NCBI GenBank assembly: GCA_045635645.1
Contig: JAZTWB010000036.1
Coordinates: forward strand, 5,965-69,964
DNA: 64,000 bases
DNA from: Faecousia sp.
GTDB lineage: Bacteria; Bacillota; Clostridia; Oscillospirales; Oscillospiraceae
Reading direction: 5' to 3'
Made by a program: the position numbers and the translations under genes. The notes under the pieces are model-generated. The model saw only the letters and a list, made by a program, of their open reading frames with translations. It did not search any database and was not told the DNA's origin. Below are positions 48,612-59,180 of this stretch, piece by piece; the first letter of the stretch is position 1, and every line of letters starts with the position of its first letter.

Positions 48612-49655
48612 ATGGAAAACATCTTGCAAGTGAAAAACTTAAAAATCTCCTTCCGCACCACCGCCGGCACGGTAAAGGCCGTGCGGGACATCTCCTTCCA
48701 TCTGGAAAAGGGCAAGACCCTTGCCATCGTAGGCGAGTCCGGCTCCGGCAAGTCTGTCACCTCCAAGGCGATTATGGGCATTCTGGCAGGCAACGCCATT
48801 GTGGAGGGCGGCGAAATTATCTACGACGGCAAGGATTTGCTGAAAATCACCGAGGAGGATATGTGCTGCATTCGCGGTGATAAAATTGCGATGATTTTCC
48901 AGGACCCCCTGTCTTCCTTAAATCCCATCGTAAAAATCGGCAAGCAGATTACCGAGGCGATGCTGCTGAAAAAGAAAATGTCCCCCGCAGCGGCAAAGGC
49001 GCGGGCCATTCAGCTGATGGAAGAGGTGGGCATCAAAGACCCCGAGTTGCGCTATAACCAGTACCCCTTTCAGTTCTCCGGCGGTATGCGCCAGCGTATT
49101 GTGATTGCCATCGCTCTGGCCGCCGACCCGGAAATTCTCATCTGCGACGAGCCGACCACCGCGCTGGACGTGTCCGTGCAGGCCCAGATTTTAGAGCTGA
49201 TTAACAAGCTGAAAGCTCAGCGCCAGCTGTCCGTGGTCTTCATTACCCACGATTTGGGCGTGGTTGCCAATATGGCAGACCAGATTGCCGTGATGTACGC
49301 GGGCAAAATCGTGGAGTACGGCACAGCTGACGATGTGTTCTACGACCCCCGCCACCCCTATACCTGGGCGCTGCTGTCCTCTATGCCGGATTTGGACACA
49401 AAGGAAAAGCTGGACGCAATCCCCGGCACGCCGCCGAATATGATTTACCCGCCCGTGGGCGATGCCTTTGCCGACCGGAACAAGTACGCGATGCAGATTG
49501 ATTTCGAGCAGCAGCCACCGATGTTCCAGGTTTCCCCCACCCACTGGGCAGCCACCTGGCTGCTCCACCCGGACGCCCCCAAGGTGGAAGTCCCGAAAAT
49601 TATCACCGACCGCATTGCCAGAATGAAGAAAGCAGGTGAGCGCAGTGGAAAATAA
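48612..49655 (+). CDS. oppD: Oligopeptide ABC transporter ATP-binding protein
   Basis: [29 protein letters not shown]. Confidence 0.94.
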   Translation: MENILQVKNLKISFRTTAGTVKAVRDISFHLEKGKTLAIVGESGSGKSVTSKAIMGILAGNAIVEGGEIIYDGKDLLKITEEDMCCIRGDKIAMIFQDPLSSLNPIVKIGKQITEAMLLKKKMSPAAAKARAIQLMEEVGIKDPELRYNQYPFQFSGGMRQRIVIAIALAADPEILICDEPTTALDVSVQAQILELINKLKAQRQLSVVFITHDLGVVANMADQIAVMYAGKIVEYGTADDVFYDPRHPYTWALLSSMPDLDTKEKLDAIPGTPPNMIYPPVGDAFADRNKYAMQIDFEQQPPMFQVSPTHWAATWLLHPDAPKVEVPKIITDRIARMKKAGERSGK

Positions 49656-50664
49656 GGAAGTTTTGCTGCGGGTAGAAAACCTGTGCCAGTATTTTGGGCC
49701 TGTGAAAGCGGTGGACGATGTGTCCTTCGATATTTATAAGGGCGAGGTGTTCGGTCTGGTGGGCGAGTCCGGCTGCGGCAAGACCACCACCGGTCGCAGC
49801 ATTATCAAGATTTACGACATCACCTCCGGCAGTATCTACTTTAAGGGCAAGCGCATCTGCGCCGGCACAAAAGCCTATCAAGATGAGCTTGCCGCCCTGC
49901 GGAAGCGTAAAGACCCCGCCGCCAAGGCGCGGATTGCCCAGCTGCAAAGGGAAATCCGACAGGCAAGGGTAGACCAGGAAAAAACCGGTATGGTCACCGA
50001 CATTCAAATGATTTTCCAAGACCCCATCGCGTCCTTAAACCCCCGTATGACGGTCAAGGAGATTATCGCCGAGGGTCTGGTGATTCAGGGGGTGAAGGAT
50101 AAGGCGTATATCGATGAAAAGGTCTACGAAATTCTGGAGCTGGTGGGTCTGGTGCGGGAGCACGCAGGCCGCTACCCCCACGAATTTTCCGGCGGTCAGC
50201 GTCAGAGAATCGGCATTGCCCGCAGTGTGATTATGCACCCGGAGCTGCTGATTGCCGACGAGCCCATTTCCGCCCTGGACGTGTCCATTCAGGCGCAGGT
50301 GATTAACCTGCTCAATGACCTGCGAAACACCCTGGATTTAACCATTTTGTTCATTGCCCACGATTTGAGCGTGGTCAAGTACTTCTCTGACCGTATCGGC
50401 GTGATGTACTTCGGCAAAATCGTGGAGCTGGCCTCTTCTGACGAGCTGTTCGCCCACCCCCTGCACCCCTACACCAAGAGCCTGCTGTCGGCAATTCCCC
50501 TGCCCGACCCACACGCCGAGCGCCGGCGCGCCAGAATCACCTACAGTCCCGATGCCCACGACTATACCCGGGACAAGCCGTCTATGCGGGAAATCGCCCC
50601 TAACCACTTCGTCTACTGTAACGCGGCCGAGGCGCAAAGCTACAAAGAGGAGCTGGGTCTATGA
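49645..50664 (+). CDS. oppF: Oligopeptide ABC transporter ATP-binding protein
   Basis: GESGCGKTT, YPHEFSGGQRQR, DEPISALDVS; start GTG 49645 or 49636. Confidence 0.93.
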   Translation: MENKEVLLRVENLCQYFGPVKAVDDVSFDIYKGEVFGLVGESGCGKTTTGRSIIKIYDITSGSIYFKGKRICAGTKAYQDELAALRKRKDPAAKARIAQLQREIRQARVDQEKTGMVTDIQMIFQDPIASLNPRMTVKEIIAEGLVIQGVKDKAYIDEKVYEILELVGLVREHAGRYPHEFSGGQRQRIGIARSVIMHPELLIADEPISALDVSIQAQVINLLNDLRNTLDLTILFIAHDLSVVKYFSDRIGVMYFGKIVELASSDELFAHPLHPYTKSLLSAIPLPDPHAERRRARITYSPDAHDYTRDKPSMREIAPNHFVYCNAAEAQSYKEELGL

Positions 50665-51056
50665 AAAAACGGCTGTTAAAGCACGGCATTGCCGCCGCAG
50701 TGTGCGCCGCGGTTGCGGTGTGCTACTGCGCAGCGCGGGAATTTCCCCAAATGAGCCTTATGGAAAAGTACCGCACCCTGTGCGATGCATTTACCGTTCC
50801 CGGACTTTTGGCACTGTGTGTTGGGGTACTGCTGTGGGCGTCCAACGACGGACTGTTCTGGGGTTTGGGCTACTGTCTGGACGTAGCCTGCAAGGCGCTG
50901 ATTCCCGGCGGCCGCAGAAAGATAGAAAAGTACTACGATTATGTGCAGCGCCGCAAGGGAAAGGCGGTCACCGGTTACGGCTTCCTGTTTTTCTGGGGCG
51001 GCGTGTGTATGGCGGCAGCCATTGTATTTATGGCGCTGTTCTACCGCATTTATTAA
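50661..51056 (+). CDS. Small membrane protein (DUF3899-like) ending the opp operon
   Basis: Three TMs, LCDAFTVPG, DGLFWGLGY; ATGA overlap. Confidence 0.7.
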   Translation: MKKRLLKHGIAAAVCAAVAVCYCAAREFPQMSLMEKYRTLCDAFTVPGLLALCVGVLLWASNDGLFWGLGYCLDVACKALIPGGRRKIEKYYDYVQRRKGKAVTGYGFLFFWGGVCMAAAIVFMALFYRIY

Positions 51057-51067
51057 TGATAATGTAT

Positions 51068-51099
51068 AGGGGGCGACCGCTGTGCGGTCGCCCTGTTTT
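51068..51099 (+). terminator. Intrinsic terminator of the opp operon
   Basis: GGGCGACCGC-TGT-GCGGTCGCCC followed by TGTTTT. Confidence 0.75.
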
Positions 51100-51127
51100 C
51101 GTTGGCAATCTCCGAAAACAAACAGCC

Positions 51128-51244
51128 TGTCATCCTGAGCAAGCGAAGCGCGCCGAAGGATCTTCGCACCGAAGTAACGATTTGCATTACCGACAGTGCG
51201 TAGATTCTTCGACTCCGGGCATACGCCCTCCGCTCAGAATGACA
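51128..51244. repeat. Long imperfect-palindrome interspersed repeat (GTCATCCTGAGC...GCTCAGAATGAC type)
   Basis: Outer stem TGTCATCCTGAGC/GCTCAGAATGACA, inner CGAAGGATCT/AGATTCTTCG, CGCAC/GTGCG. Confidence 0.7.
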
Positions 51245-51352
51245 ATACAGGGGGCTCGGGTGCCTGTCCCCCACAAGGGAGGAGCATATACCAAAAACTG
51301 TGAGGTCAATTTGTCTATATTGCATAAAAATGGATTTCTTTGCAAATCCGTA

Positions 51353-51381
51353 TTGCAAAAAATAGAACAAGGTGCTATACT
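51353..51381 (+). promoter_or_regulatory. Sigma-A promoter of the giant protein gene
   Basis: TTGCAA-17 bp-TATACT with extended TG; about 180-nt leader to the start codon. Confidence 0.55.
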
Positions 51382-51566
51382 TAGTCTGTAATGTTCCCTC
51401 TTTATACCCTTTTGCGGGAATTTTTCCAGTTAAAACGAAAAACAGATTAGGTCAGAATCGGTTTTCCGGCGAGTAAAAGCACTTGAGAACGCCACGGAAA
51501 AAGGCAAGTAAAGAGGGGGAAATACACTTTTTCCCCAGCAAAAATTTTGTAAAGGAGAATGAAAAC

Positions 51567-54500
51567 GTGAAGAAAAGAATCTTAAGTCTGCTTCTGGTAC
51601 TGTGTATGGTAGTCGGTATGCTGCCCGCATCCGTATTTGCAGCAGACGCCACGGAATCCACCGAAATTACGGCTACGGCAGATGCTCTGATTAGAATGAG
51701 AGCAGACGCGACAGCTATTACAGCCGTCGAGGGCAAGGTTGGCCAGTGGAATACCAGTGGTTATTATTATGTCAGCGTTACCCTCCAGCCCGGTGACGGT
51801 CCTTACTACTTTAAGACCAATGACGCCGGCTACGTGATTGACGGTACTGAAGATGACCACACCATCGAGATCAACTACCTTGGCAATGCTGCCAAGCTGA
51901 TCCTGAAGGGTGCTACAATTACCAACGATCACGCGAACTACCCTGCCCTTATTTTGGGTGAAAACAGTAAAAATGATGTCGGCGCTGAAACTGCTGAAGG
52001 CAACCAGGCTGACTACGAAATTATTGTAGAGGGCGACAGCTCCATCAACCAGACCAACGGCACCAGCGGTCGTGCCATTTTGAACTCCACTGTGGGCACC
52101 CTGACCGTTACCTCTGTGAACGATGCCAAGCTGGCTGTTAAGGGCAAGACCACCGGTACTCGCGGTGTGTTCCACAACGTGGGCTCTCTGGTGCTGAAGA
52201 ATGCCAACCTGTACGTAGGCGGCTATAGTGCCACCGTCCACTACGCCATCTACAGCTTGAAGAATATTGACATTATCGGCGGTAATGTACAGGCTCATGT
52301 CAAGGGCTCCTACAGTGCGATTTATGCTGCCGGCAATATTACAGTCGATGCGGCAAAGCTGACTGCTTACAGCTCCGCCGGTATAACTGTGAAGGCGGAC
52401 GGCGCCAACGGCGTTACCTTCAAAGACAGCCTTGTAAAGCTGGGCTCCTACAGCGCCGCGACTATCTTCGCTGCCGCCCCCACGATTGCGGGATATGCAG
52501 ACGGTTATACTGTCAAAACCGACACAAATGGAAGCAGCAACTCCAGTCATACTACCTGCCCGACTGACGACAACGTAAACTTTGACTTTCAATCCTCTGC
52601 GGTTACGTCCAATACCTTCGACGCAGCCAGTGCGACCACTTATAAAATGTTCGAGATCAAGCCTGTCAAGGAAGACGGTCTTGTAAAGTTTGCTGCAGGC
52701 GATACTGCCACCAACCTTATCAGCGTGCCCGTTACCCAGGGTCAGGACCCTGTGTACTACACCAAGGTTGACGGCACCTTCGTGGAAGGCACCAAGAACA
52801 ACTATCAAATCAAGATTGCCTACCCCGCGGCAGGCGATGTTGAGGTTTACCTGAAGGGCGCTGAGCTGATTAACAACATTACCGGCAGCGCCAACAGCGC
52901 AGCCCTGTTCCTGGGCACTAACAATAAAACCGATCCCGGCGCTGAGACCGCTGCCGGCAACAAGGCGGACTATAAGATCATCGTTGAAGAAGCCAGTGCT
53001 ATTCTGCAGACCAACAGCACCACCGGCCGCGCCATCTTCGGCTCTACCGTGGGTGATGTGACCATTACCTCTGTAAACGGCGCCCAGCTGATGGCTGGCG
53101 GCAGAATGACCGGCAGTCACGGTCAGGTTTCCAACCAGGGCAACCTGATTCTGAAGAACGCTAACCTGTATATTGATAATACTTACAGAAATGCCGCAGG
53201 CGACGGTACAGTTACTGCAGGTAATTCCATCGTACTGCACTCCTACACCGGCAACGTTATCTTTGACGGCGGTATCTATAATCTGTATCTCCGCAACGGT
53301 ACCGGTAAGGGTATCTACGCCTACCGGGATATTACCATTAAGGGCGGCGCAGAAATGTCCTATGTCAGAGTAGGCGGCCCTGCCTTCACTGCAGATACCG
53401 GCGCTATCACCATTGATAACAGCACCGTGAAGGTGTCCGGCTCCCCGGCATTCAGCAAGCCTCCTGTGCTGAACTATGTATGCCGCACGGCGCTTGCCGG
53501 TACTGCCGGTGCTAAGAATATCGTAGCCAACGATACTACTGTTACCTTCGCGCTCGACGGTGACACAGTAAGCTATGTGGCGGCTGACGCGAGCACCTAT
53601 ACATATCTGGAAGTCACTCCCGCAGCTTCCCACACGCTCAGCGGAGATTATTCCACCGACGAGACTTACCACTGGGGCGTCTGCTCCGTTTGCGGTGTCG
53701 AGATTTCCAAGGAAGCCCACACCGAAGGCCCTGCGCTGAAGGAAAACGAGGTACCCGCCACCGAGACCGAGGCAGGCTCCTACAATCTGGTTACCCGTTG
53801 CCTGACCTGTAATATGGTTATGTCCTCCGTTCCCGTCACTGTTCCCGCAGTGCGCAAGGCAAGAGTTGTCTTCTTCACCGGCGCAGGCACGAATACCGAC
53901 GGTGTAGACCGCTTCATCCTGACTGTCAACAATGACGGCGAAGCTCTGTACTACTGGACCGTAAACGGCGCTCTGGCAACCACCAACGCTGACGGTCTGG
54001 AGGCAAACGAAGACAACGGCTACAACGTCAAGTTTGTCTACAACCCCAACGATACAGCCGCTAAGCTGTACCTGAAGGATGCAGAAATCTCCAACAACTC
54101 CACTAGCACTCTGTTCTACATTGCCCACCCCAACATGTCCGGCAATGTTGTGAACTTCTCTCTGGAGATTGTTCTGGAGGGCGCGAACACGCTGACCAAA
54201 ACCACGTCCAGTCCGCTTATTTCTGTGAACACAACCGAGGGCAATACCCTTGCCATCACCGGCACCGGCTCCCTGTCTGTCTACTCTAAGATGAACAATT
54301 CAAGCGGCGGTATCATCAACTCCCCGGTAGATCTTACCATTGGTAAGGATGCTACCGTGAACCTCTACCACACGAATACGACCTATGCAAATGACATCGT
54401 GATGAACGAGGGCGCAGACCTGGTCATTAACGGTAAGGTAAATATTTATAACGCAACTGCTAAGGGTTATAATGCCGATCACCCCGAATATAAGAACAAC

Positions 54501-57500
54501 CCCATCATTACCAATGGCGGCGGCGATGTTTACATCAACAAGGGTGCAGCGGTCACGATCGTTACCCAGCAGAATACCCACGCGTTCGATGTATCCGGCA
54601 CCCTGTATGTGGATGCCGCAACTCTGACGGTTGCAATGGATGGCGATGGCTACCTGTTCAAGAACAGCAACGTTGTTCTTACCGGTGTGGATGATTATGT
54701 ATCTCTGGAATCTGCCAACATTGATGACGTTTCCGATCCCACGAAGCTCCTCGTCAGCGATATCCCCGCAACCGAGCTGTACAACGCGGAGAACGTGCTG
54801 CTGTATAAGTACGCAGCCATCGTTCCTCACAACCATACACCTGCTGCTGCCTGGTCCTCCGACGAGAACAGCCACTGGCAGGCATGTAACGGCCACTGCC
54901 CCGATGGCGTGCTGCACAACCAGGGCGCGCACGTAGCCGGCGAGGCACAGATGGAGAACATCGTGGAAGCTACCTCCAGAGCCGAAGGCTCCTACGATAT
55001 GGTTAAGCGCTGCGTAACCTGTGGCTACGTAATGGAAACCGAGCACTTCACAACCCCCAAGATTAACCAGGCTTACGTGTGGTTCTTCTATCGTGACGAT
55101 GCCAATAAGGTTCCTGTTGCAGTCAACCAGGGCGGCAACGTACGTTACCTCAAAACCACCGATTTAGGTAAGATTGAGAAGGATGCAGAAGGCAAGGTTG
55201 TGGAAGCCTCCGAGGCTGATTACAACATCAAGCTGGAATACCCTGCGGGCGCCGAGAAGGCTACGCTGACCCTGCGGAATGCAAAGCTGGTTACCGACGG
55301 CAACGATAGCGCAATTCAGTTTGGTTATGGTGACAACTGCACCAACTTCTCTATTGATATCGTTCTGGTGGGTACCACCGATATTACCTGCAACGGCGCA
55401 ACCAACTATCGCAGCGCCATCGAAAGCGGTCTGGATGCTGATCAGAAGGTTCGCATCATTGGCGACGGTACCCTGAATGTCTGGGCCTCCACCAATAGCG
55501 GCGGTAACGGTGTTATCAGCGCGCCCAACCTGACCATCGGCGCAGACGCAACTGTGAATGCTTACAACATTACCGCCGGCAATGCCAACGGTATTTCCGT
55601 AACCAACGGCGACCTGATTGTTAACGGTAAGCTGGGTGTTTACAGCCACAACAATGGTTACCGCAGAAATGACAGCCACGCAAGCCCCATTGTTGTAAAC
55701 AACGGCAACGTTTACATCAACGAGGGCGCTAAGCTGACGATCCGTACCAAGCAGAGATCCTACGCTTTCGATGTATCCGGTAACGTTTACATCAACAACG
55801 GTACTCTGGATGCACTGGTTGGCGCTGTTAGCGGTGTCACCTCTCCTGACGGCACCTACGTATTTATGGGCAAGGCTCCCATTTATACCGCCGGTATGGA
55901 TGTACAGGGCTCCGACTCTTTGAGTATTGAAATCGACAGTGCTTATCAGATCGTGGGCACTCCCGAACTGGAGCGCATTGCCCTGTTTGATGACAACGTG
56001 CTGAATTACCGCTACGTGGTTATCGCACCTCACGTGCACAAGTACACTGACAGAGTTTCCAGCCAGCTGGCTTCTGCAGCTACCTGTGAGCACGGTGATC
56101 TGTACTACGTACAGTGCCACAACTGTGATCTTGTCAGCAACACCGTAACTGTCGAGACCACCAAGCCTCTGGCCCACAACTGGGCAGACGCAACCTGCAC
56201 CAGCGGTAAGGTTTGCTCCGATTGTAAGGCGGTTTACACCTACGGCAGCAACCCCTACTACATGGTCAACCTGGCAGAAATGGAGAACATCTCCAACACC
56301 TACGGTATGCCTTCGTTCTGGACAGATGCCAATAATGTTGTTAAGTACGGCGGCGTCAGCGATGTTAAGGATATCGCGCTGAATCTGAAGAAGACCTTCG
56401 ATGCTTACCCCGTAGGCGCCCGCTACATTAGCTTCACCCTGCTGTCCAAGTCCTTTAAGAGCACCTACCAAAACGGCATCTATATGGAAAACGGTGTGGA
56501 AATCACCAAGGCTTGGCTCAACGAGTTCCTGCCCGCTTATAAGGCAATCGGCGGTCAGCTGGACGGCTTCATTGTCGACCTGGAATTCGAGTATGGCAGA
56601 GGCTATGACCTGCGCAACATCTACGACGGTGATCACGCCAAGGTGGCAAAGGATACTGAGATCTACAAGAAGATCTACAACGATCCTCATTTCGCCACTG
56701 TCCTGAAGCCTTTGCTGGATGAGCGCAAATTCCCCTATGCTTCCGGCGACGATCCGCTGAGCAGCATCCAGACTGACAGCACAGCCTACGAGATTTATAA
56801 CTGGGCGTTCTACATTGTAATGAACAAGTACATCGACCAGGCTATGGCTTCTGTGTTCGAGTACTACCCCGATGCATACCTGTCCGACTATGATAGAGGT
56901 TACACTGAAGGCTGGCAGGCTTCGGGCTTCGAGGGCGAAGTTGCCCAGGGCATTACCAACCGTGTTGGCACCAGCTCCAATATGAGCCTGTATATGATGG
57001 ATCCCTCTTATTTGATTTTCCGGGATGGAAAGAAGCCTAACGGCTACAATAAGGGCACCTTCGCCGACACCGCCTTCAACGCAGCCAAATATAATGTTGA
57101 GCGCTTCAAGCAGATGCTTGCTGCGACCCCCGTTGAGGAAGATGGCAGCAAGAACGTCAGCGTCTGGATTGCTGAGTATAATTACTACCAGACCCATAAC
57201 GGCGTAACACGTCCTGCTTACACCAACCAATCTCCCTACTATGCAGAAGCAATCCTGCATCTGGGTCTGTCTAACCCCAGTCCCTTCATCGGTTACGTGA
57301 AGCCTCCTGTTGTGGGTTACGACGAAGCCGGTGACGAAATCCACGATATGGAGACCTATGCCAAGTATTTGGCAGCTGTCAACAGCCTGATGCTTGAGCT
57401 GACCGAGGTTGCCGGCACCGATGACCGTCGTCCCATCGAGCTGCCTTACAGCTGGAACGATGACTACATCCTCTCCGGTATGTACGCCGGCGGCAGAAAC

Positions 57501-59126
57501 ATCTGGCGTATCACTCCCGAGGACGGTCTGGATGGCTTCCTGGTAATGAGCGAGAACGGTACTCCCACCTTCCGCGCAGGCGGTCAGACCATTATCTTCC
57601 CGCAGGGTAGAATTGTGGAAACCGAAAACACCATCGACTACGAGTATGGCACTTGCGGTTACTGGGTTGAGACTCCCGCAGACGTAATGCCTGTTGTTGT
57701 CTCTAACACCGACCGCTACAGCGAAGCCAATGGCTACACCGGCACAGCCAACAAGACCGACCTGCGTGTCTACAACAAGTACGGTTACCTGGTTGACGCT
57801 TCCGTCGCAAACGAGGGCTTTACCGCTTACCGCGTTGACTGGATGAACGTTACCAATGACTACAAGTATGTCATCGTTAAGAACAACGGCACCGAAATCA
57901 AGCGCGTGCTGATGGCTCCCGGCCAGGATAGCTTCTTCGTTGGCGAGATCGCTGACGGCACAAACCTGCTGACTGTCGAGACCATCGCTGCAACCGGCTA
58001 CGAGCCCGCTGATCCTTACGCAAACACCGACTTCGACTGGTCCGACGCCACAATGCCCACTCATACTTACAAGTATGTCTCCATCGACGAGAACAACCAT
58101 AAGTATGCTTGTGACTGCGGCGCTGTGAAGATCGCAAGCGAAGCTCACGAGTTCGCTGACGACGATGACACCACTTGTGACAAGTGCGGCTACGAGCGCA
58201 ACCTTGGCCCTCAGTTCGACGAGCGTCTGGTATTTGGCACCATCGGTATATCTTTGCAGTCTGGTATTGTAGGCCAGTTTGGTATGCCCAACCACTTGAC
58301 AAACTACGGTTTTGATACTATTAAGATTACTGTTCAGAGCGGTAGTGACACTTATGATATAACTGAGTACGATGTCAAGGGCGCAAACTTGGTATTCTAC
58401 ATTGATTTTGCTGCAGCAGAGATGACCAAGGCAGTAACTGTTACTATCTATGCAACAGATGGTGATAAGGAATACTACGGCGAAACTCTGAAGAACTGGA
58501 CCATCAAGCAGAAGGCGCTTGATATGCTGGCAACCAATTATCCTGGATACAGCACCAGTGCAACCAAGAAAAAGTTGTGCGATCTGCTTGTAAATATGCT
58601 GAACTACGGTGCAAAGGCACAGGAGAAGTTTAAAGTAAATAACAGTGAGGGTATGCTGGCAACAGACGGATTGGATGACTACGAGCACCTGATTCGCGAT
58701 GCAGAGGATACTACCATCAGCGGTTGGACCCGGCCTGAGGAAGATAGCAGTATGGTCTTTAAGGGCAAGACGTTTGCGTTGAGCTTGCGTGCAGAGGTGC
58801 AGCTGGTAATGGGCTTCACAGTGCCCACCGGTACAGATTTGACTCAGTATGAACTGAGAATTACAAACAATACCCGCAACACAACCTATGATCCTCAGCA
58901 GTTTACGCTGAGAGGTTCTGATGCAGTTGTTTACTTCACAGAGCTTGCAGCAGCAGAGCTGAGAGATGTGATTACTGTTACCGTTTACCAGGGTGAGACT
59001 GCAGTGTCCGAAAGCTTTACCTTTAGCGTAGAGAATCTGGCAGCAGGTATGGTGGCTAGCTATCCTGACCTGATTCCTGCTATGATGAACTACAGCGATT
59101 GCGCAAAGACCTACTTTAACAAGTAA
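51567..59126 (+). CDS. Giant secreted modular protein (~2519 aa): repeated beta-helix-like modules, His/Cys motifs, putative catalytic domain, duplicated C-terminal domain
   Basis: AAGGAG RBS + GTG; signal peptide KKRILSLLLVLCMVVGMLPASVFA; uninterrupted ORF with biased codon usage. Confidence 0.9.
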   Translation: MKKRILSLLLVLCMVVGMLPASVFAADATESTEITATADALIRMRADATAITAVEGKVGQWNTSGYYYVSVTLQPGDGPYYFKTNDAGYVIDGTEDDHTIEINYLGNAAKLILKGATITNDHANYPALILGENSKNDVGAETAEGNQADYEIIVEGDSSINQTNGTSGRAILNSTVGTLTVTSVNDAKLAVKGKTTGTRGVFHNVGSLVLKNANLYVGGYSATVHYAIYSLKNIDIIGGNVQAHVKGSYSAIYAAGNITVDAAKLTAYSSAGITVKADGANGVTFKDSLVKLGSYSAATIFAAAPTIAGYADGYTVKTDTNGSSNSSHTTCPTDDNVNFDFQSSAVTSNTFDAASATTYKMFEIKPVKEDGLVKFAAGDTATNLISVPVTQGQDPVYYTKVDGTFVEGTKNNYQIKIAYPAAGDVEVYLKGAELINNITGSANSAALFLGTNNKTDPGAETAAGNKADYKIIVEEASAILQTNSTTGRAIFGSTVGDVTITSVNGAQLMAGGRMTGSHGQVSNQGNLILKNANLYIDNTYRNAAGDGTVTAGNSIVLHSYTGNVIFDGGIYNLYLRNGTGKGIYAYRDITIKGGAEMSYVRVGGPAFTADTGAITIDNSTVKVSGSPAFSKPPVLNYVCRTALAGTAGAKNIVANDTTVTFALDGDTVSYVAADASTYTYLEVTPAASHTLSGDYSTDETYHWGVCSVCGVEISKEAHTEGPALKENEVPATETEAGSYNLVTRCLTCNMVMSSVPVTVPAVRKARVVFFTGAGTNTDGVDRFILTVNNDGEALYYWTVNGALATTNADGLEANEDNGYNVKFVYNPNDTAAKLYLKDAEISNNSTSTLFYIAHPNMSGNVVNFSLEIVLEGANTLTKTTSSPLISVNTTEGNTLAITGTGSLSVYSKMNNSSGGIINSPVDLTIGKDATVNLYHTNTTYANDIVMNEGADLVINGKVNIYNATAKGYNADHPEYKNNPIITNGGGDVYINKGAAVTIVTQQNTHAFDVSGTLYVDAATLTVAMDGDGYLFKNSNVVLTGVDDYVSLESANIDDVSDPTKLLVSDIPATELYNAENVLLYKYAAIVPHNHTPAAAWSSDENSHWQACNGHCPDGVLHNQGAHVAGEAQMENIVEATSRAEGSYDMVKRCVTCGYVMETEHFTTPKINQAYVWFFYRDDANKVPVAVNQGGNVRYLKTTDLGKIEKDAEGKVVEASEADYNIKLEYPAGAEKATLTLRNAKLVTDGNDSAIQFGYGDNCTNFSIDIVLVGTTDITCNGATNYRSAIESGLDADQKVRIIGDGTLNVWASTNSGGNGVISAPNLTIGADATVNAYNITAGNANGISVTNGDLIVNGKLGVYSHNNGYRRNDSHASPIVVNNGNVYINEGAKLTIRTKQRSYAFDVSGNVYINNGTLDALVGAVSGVTSPDGTYVFMGKAPIYTAGMDVQGSDSLSIEIDSAYQIVGTPELERIALFDDNVLNYRYVVIAPHVHKYTDRVSSQLASAATCEHGDLYYVQCHNCDLVSNTVTVETTKPLAHNWADATCTSGKVCSDCKAVYTYGSNPYYMVNLAEMENISNTYGMPSFWTDANNVVKYGGVSDVKDIALNLKKTFDAYPVGARYISFTLLSKSFKSTYQNGIYMENGVEITKAWLNEFLPAYKAIGGQLDGFIVDLEFEYGRGYDLRNIYDGDHAKVAKDTEIYKKIYNDPHFATVLKPLLDERKFPYASGDDPLSSIQTDSTAYEIYNWAFYIVMNKYIDQAMASVFEYYPDAYLSDYDRGYTEGWQASGFEGEVAQGITNRVGTSSNMSLYMMDPSYLIFRDGKKPNGYNKGTFADTAFNAAKYNVERFKQMLAATPVEEDGSKNVSVWIAEYNYYQTHNGVTRPAYTNQSPYYAEAILHLGLSNPSPFIGYVKPPVVGYDEAGDEIHDMETYAKYLAAVNSLMLELTEVAGTDDRRPIELPYSWNDDYILSGMYAGGRNIWRITPEDGLDGFLVMSENGTPTFRAGGQTIIFPQGRIVETENTIDYEYGTCGYWVETPADVMPVVVSNTDRYSEANGYTGTANKTDLRVYNKYGYLVDASVANEGFTAYRVDWMNVTNDYKYVIVKNNGTEIKRVLMAPGQDSFFVGEIADGTNLLTVETIAATGYEPADPYANTDFDWSDATMPTHTYKYVSIDENNHKYACDCGAVKIASEAHEFADDDDTTCDKCGYERNLGPQFDERLVFGTIGISLQSGIVGQFGMPNHLTNYGFDTIKITVQSGSDTYDITEYDVKGANLVFYIDFAAAEMTKAVTVTIYATDGDKEYYGETLKNWTIKQKALDMLATNYPGYSTSATKKKLCDLLVNMLNYGAKAQEKFKVNNSEGMLATDGLDDYEHLIRDAEDTTISGWTRPEEDSSMVFKGKTFALSLRAEVQLVMGFTVPTGTDLTQYELRITNNTRNTTYDPQQFTLRGSDAVVYFTELAAAELRDVITVTVYQGETAVSESFTFSVENLAAGMVASYPDLIPAMMNYSDCAKTYFNK

Positions 59127-59180
59127 TTAATAAGTTTTACTTATTAATTATTCATAATTGTGCGAAAGGAGGCAAATGAA

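Noticed and set aside
51582-58688. Very long antisense ORFs (848 aa at 51582-54128 and 1174 aa at 55164-58688)
   Set aside because: Shadow frames of the giant gene caused by its codon bias; V/G-rich translations with no motifs or RBS.
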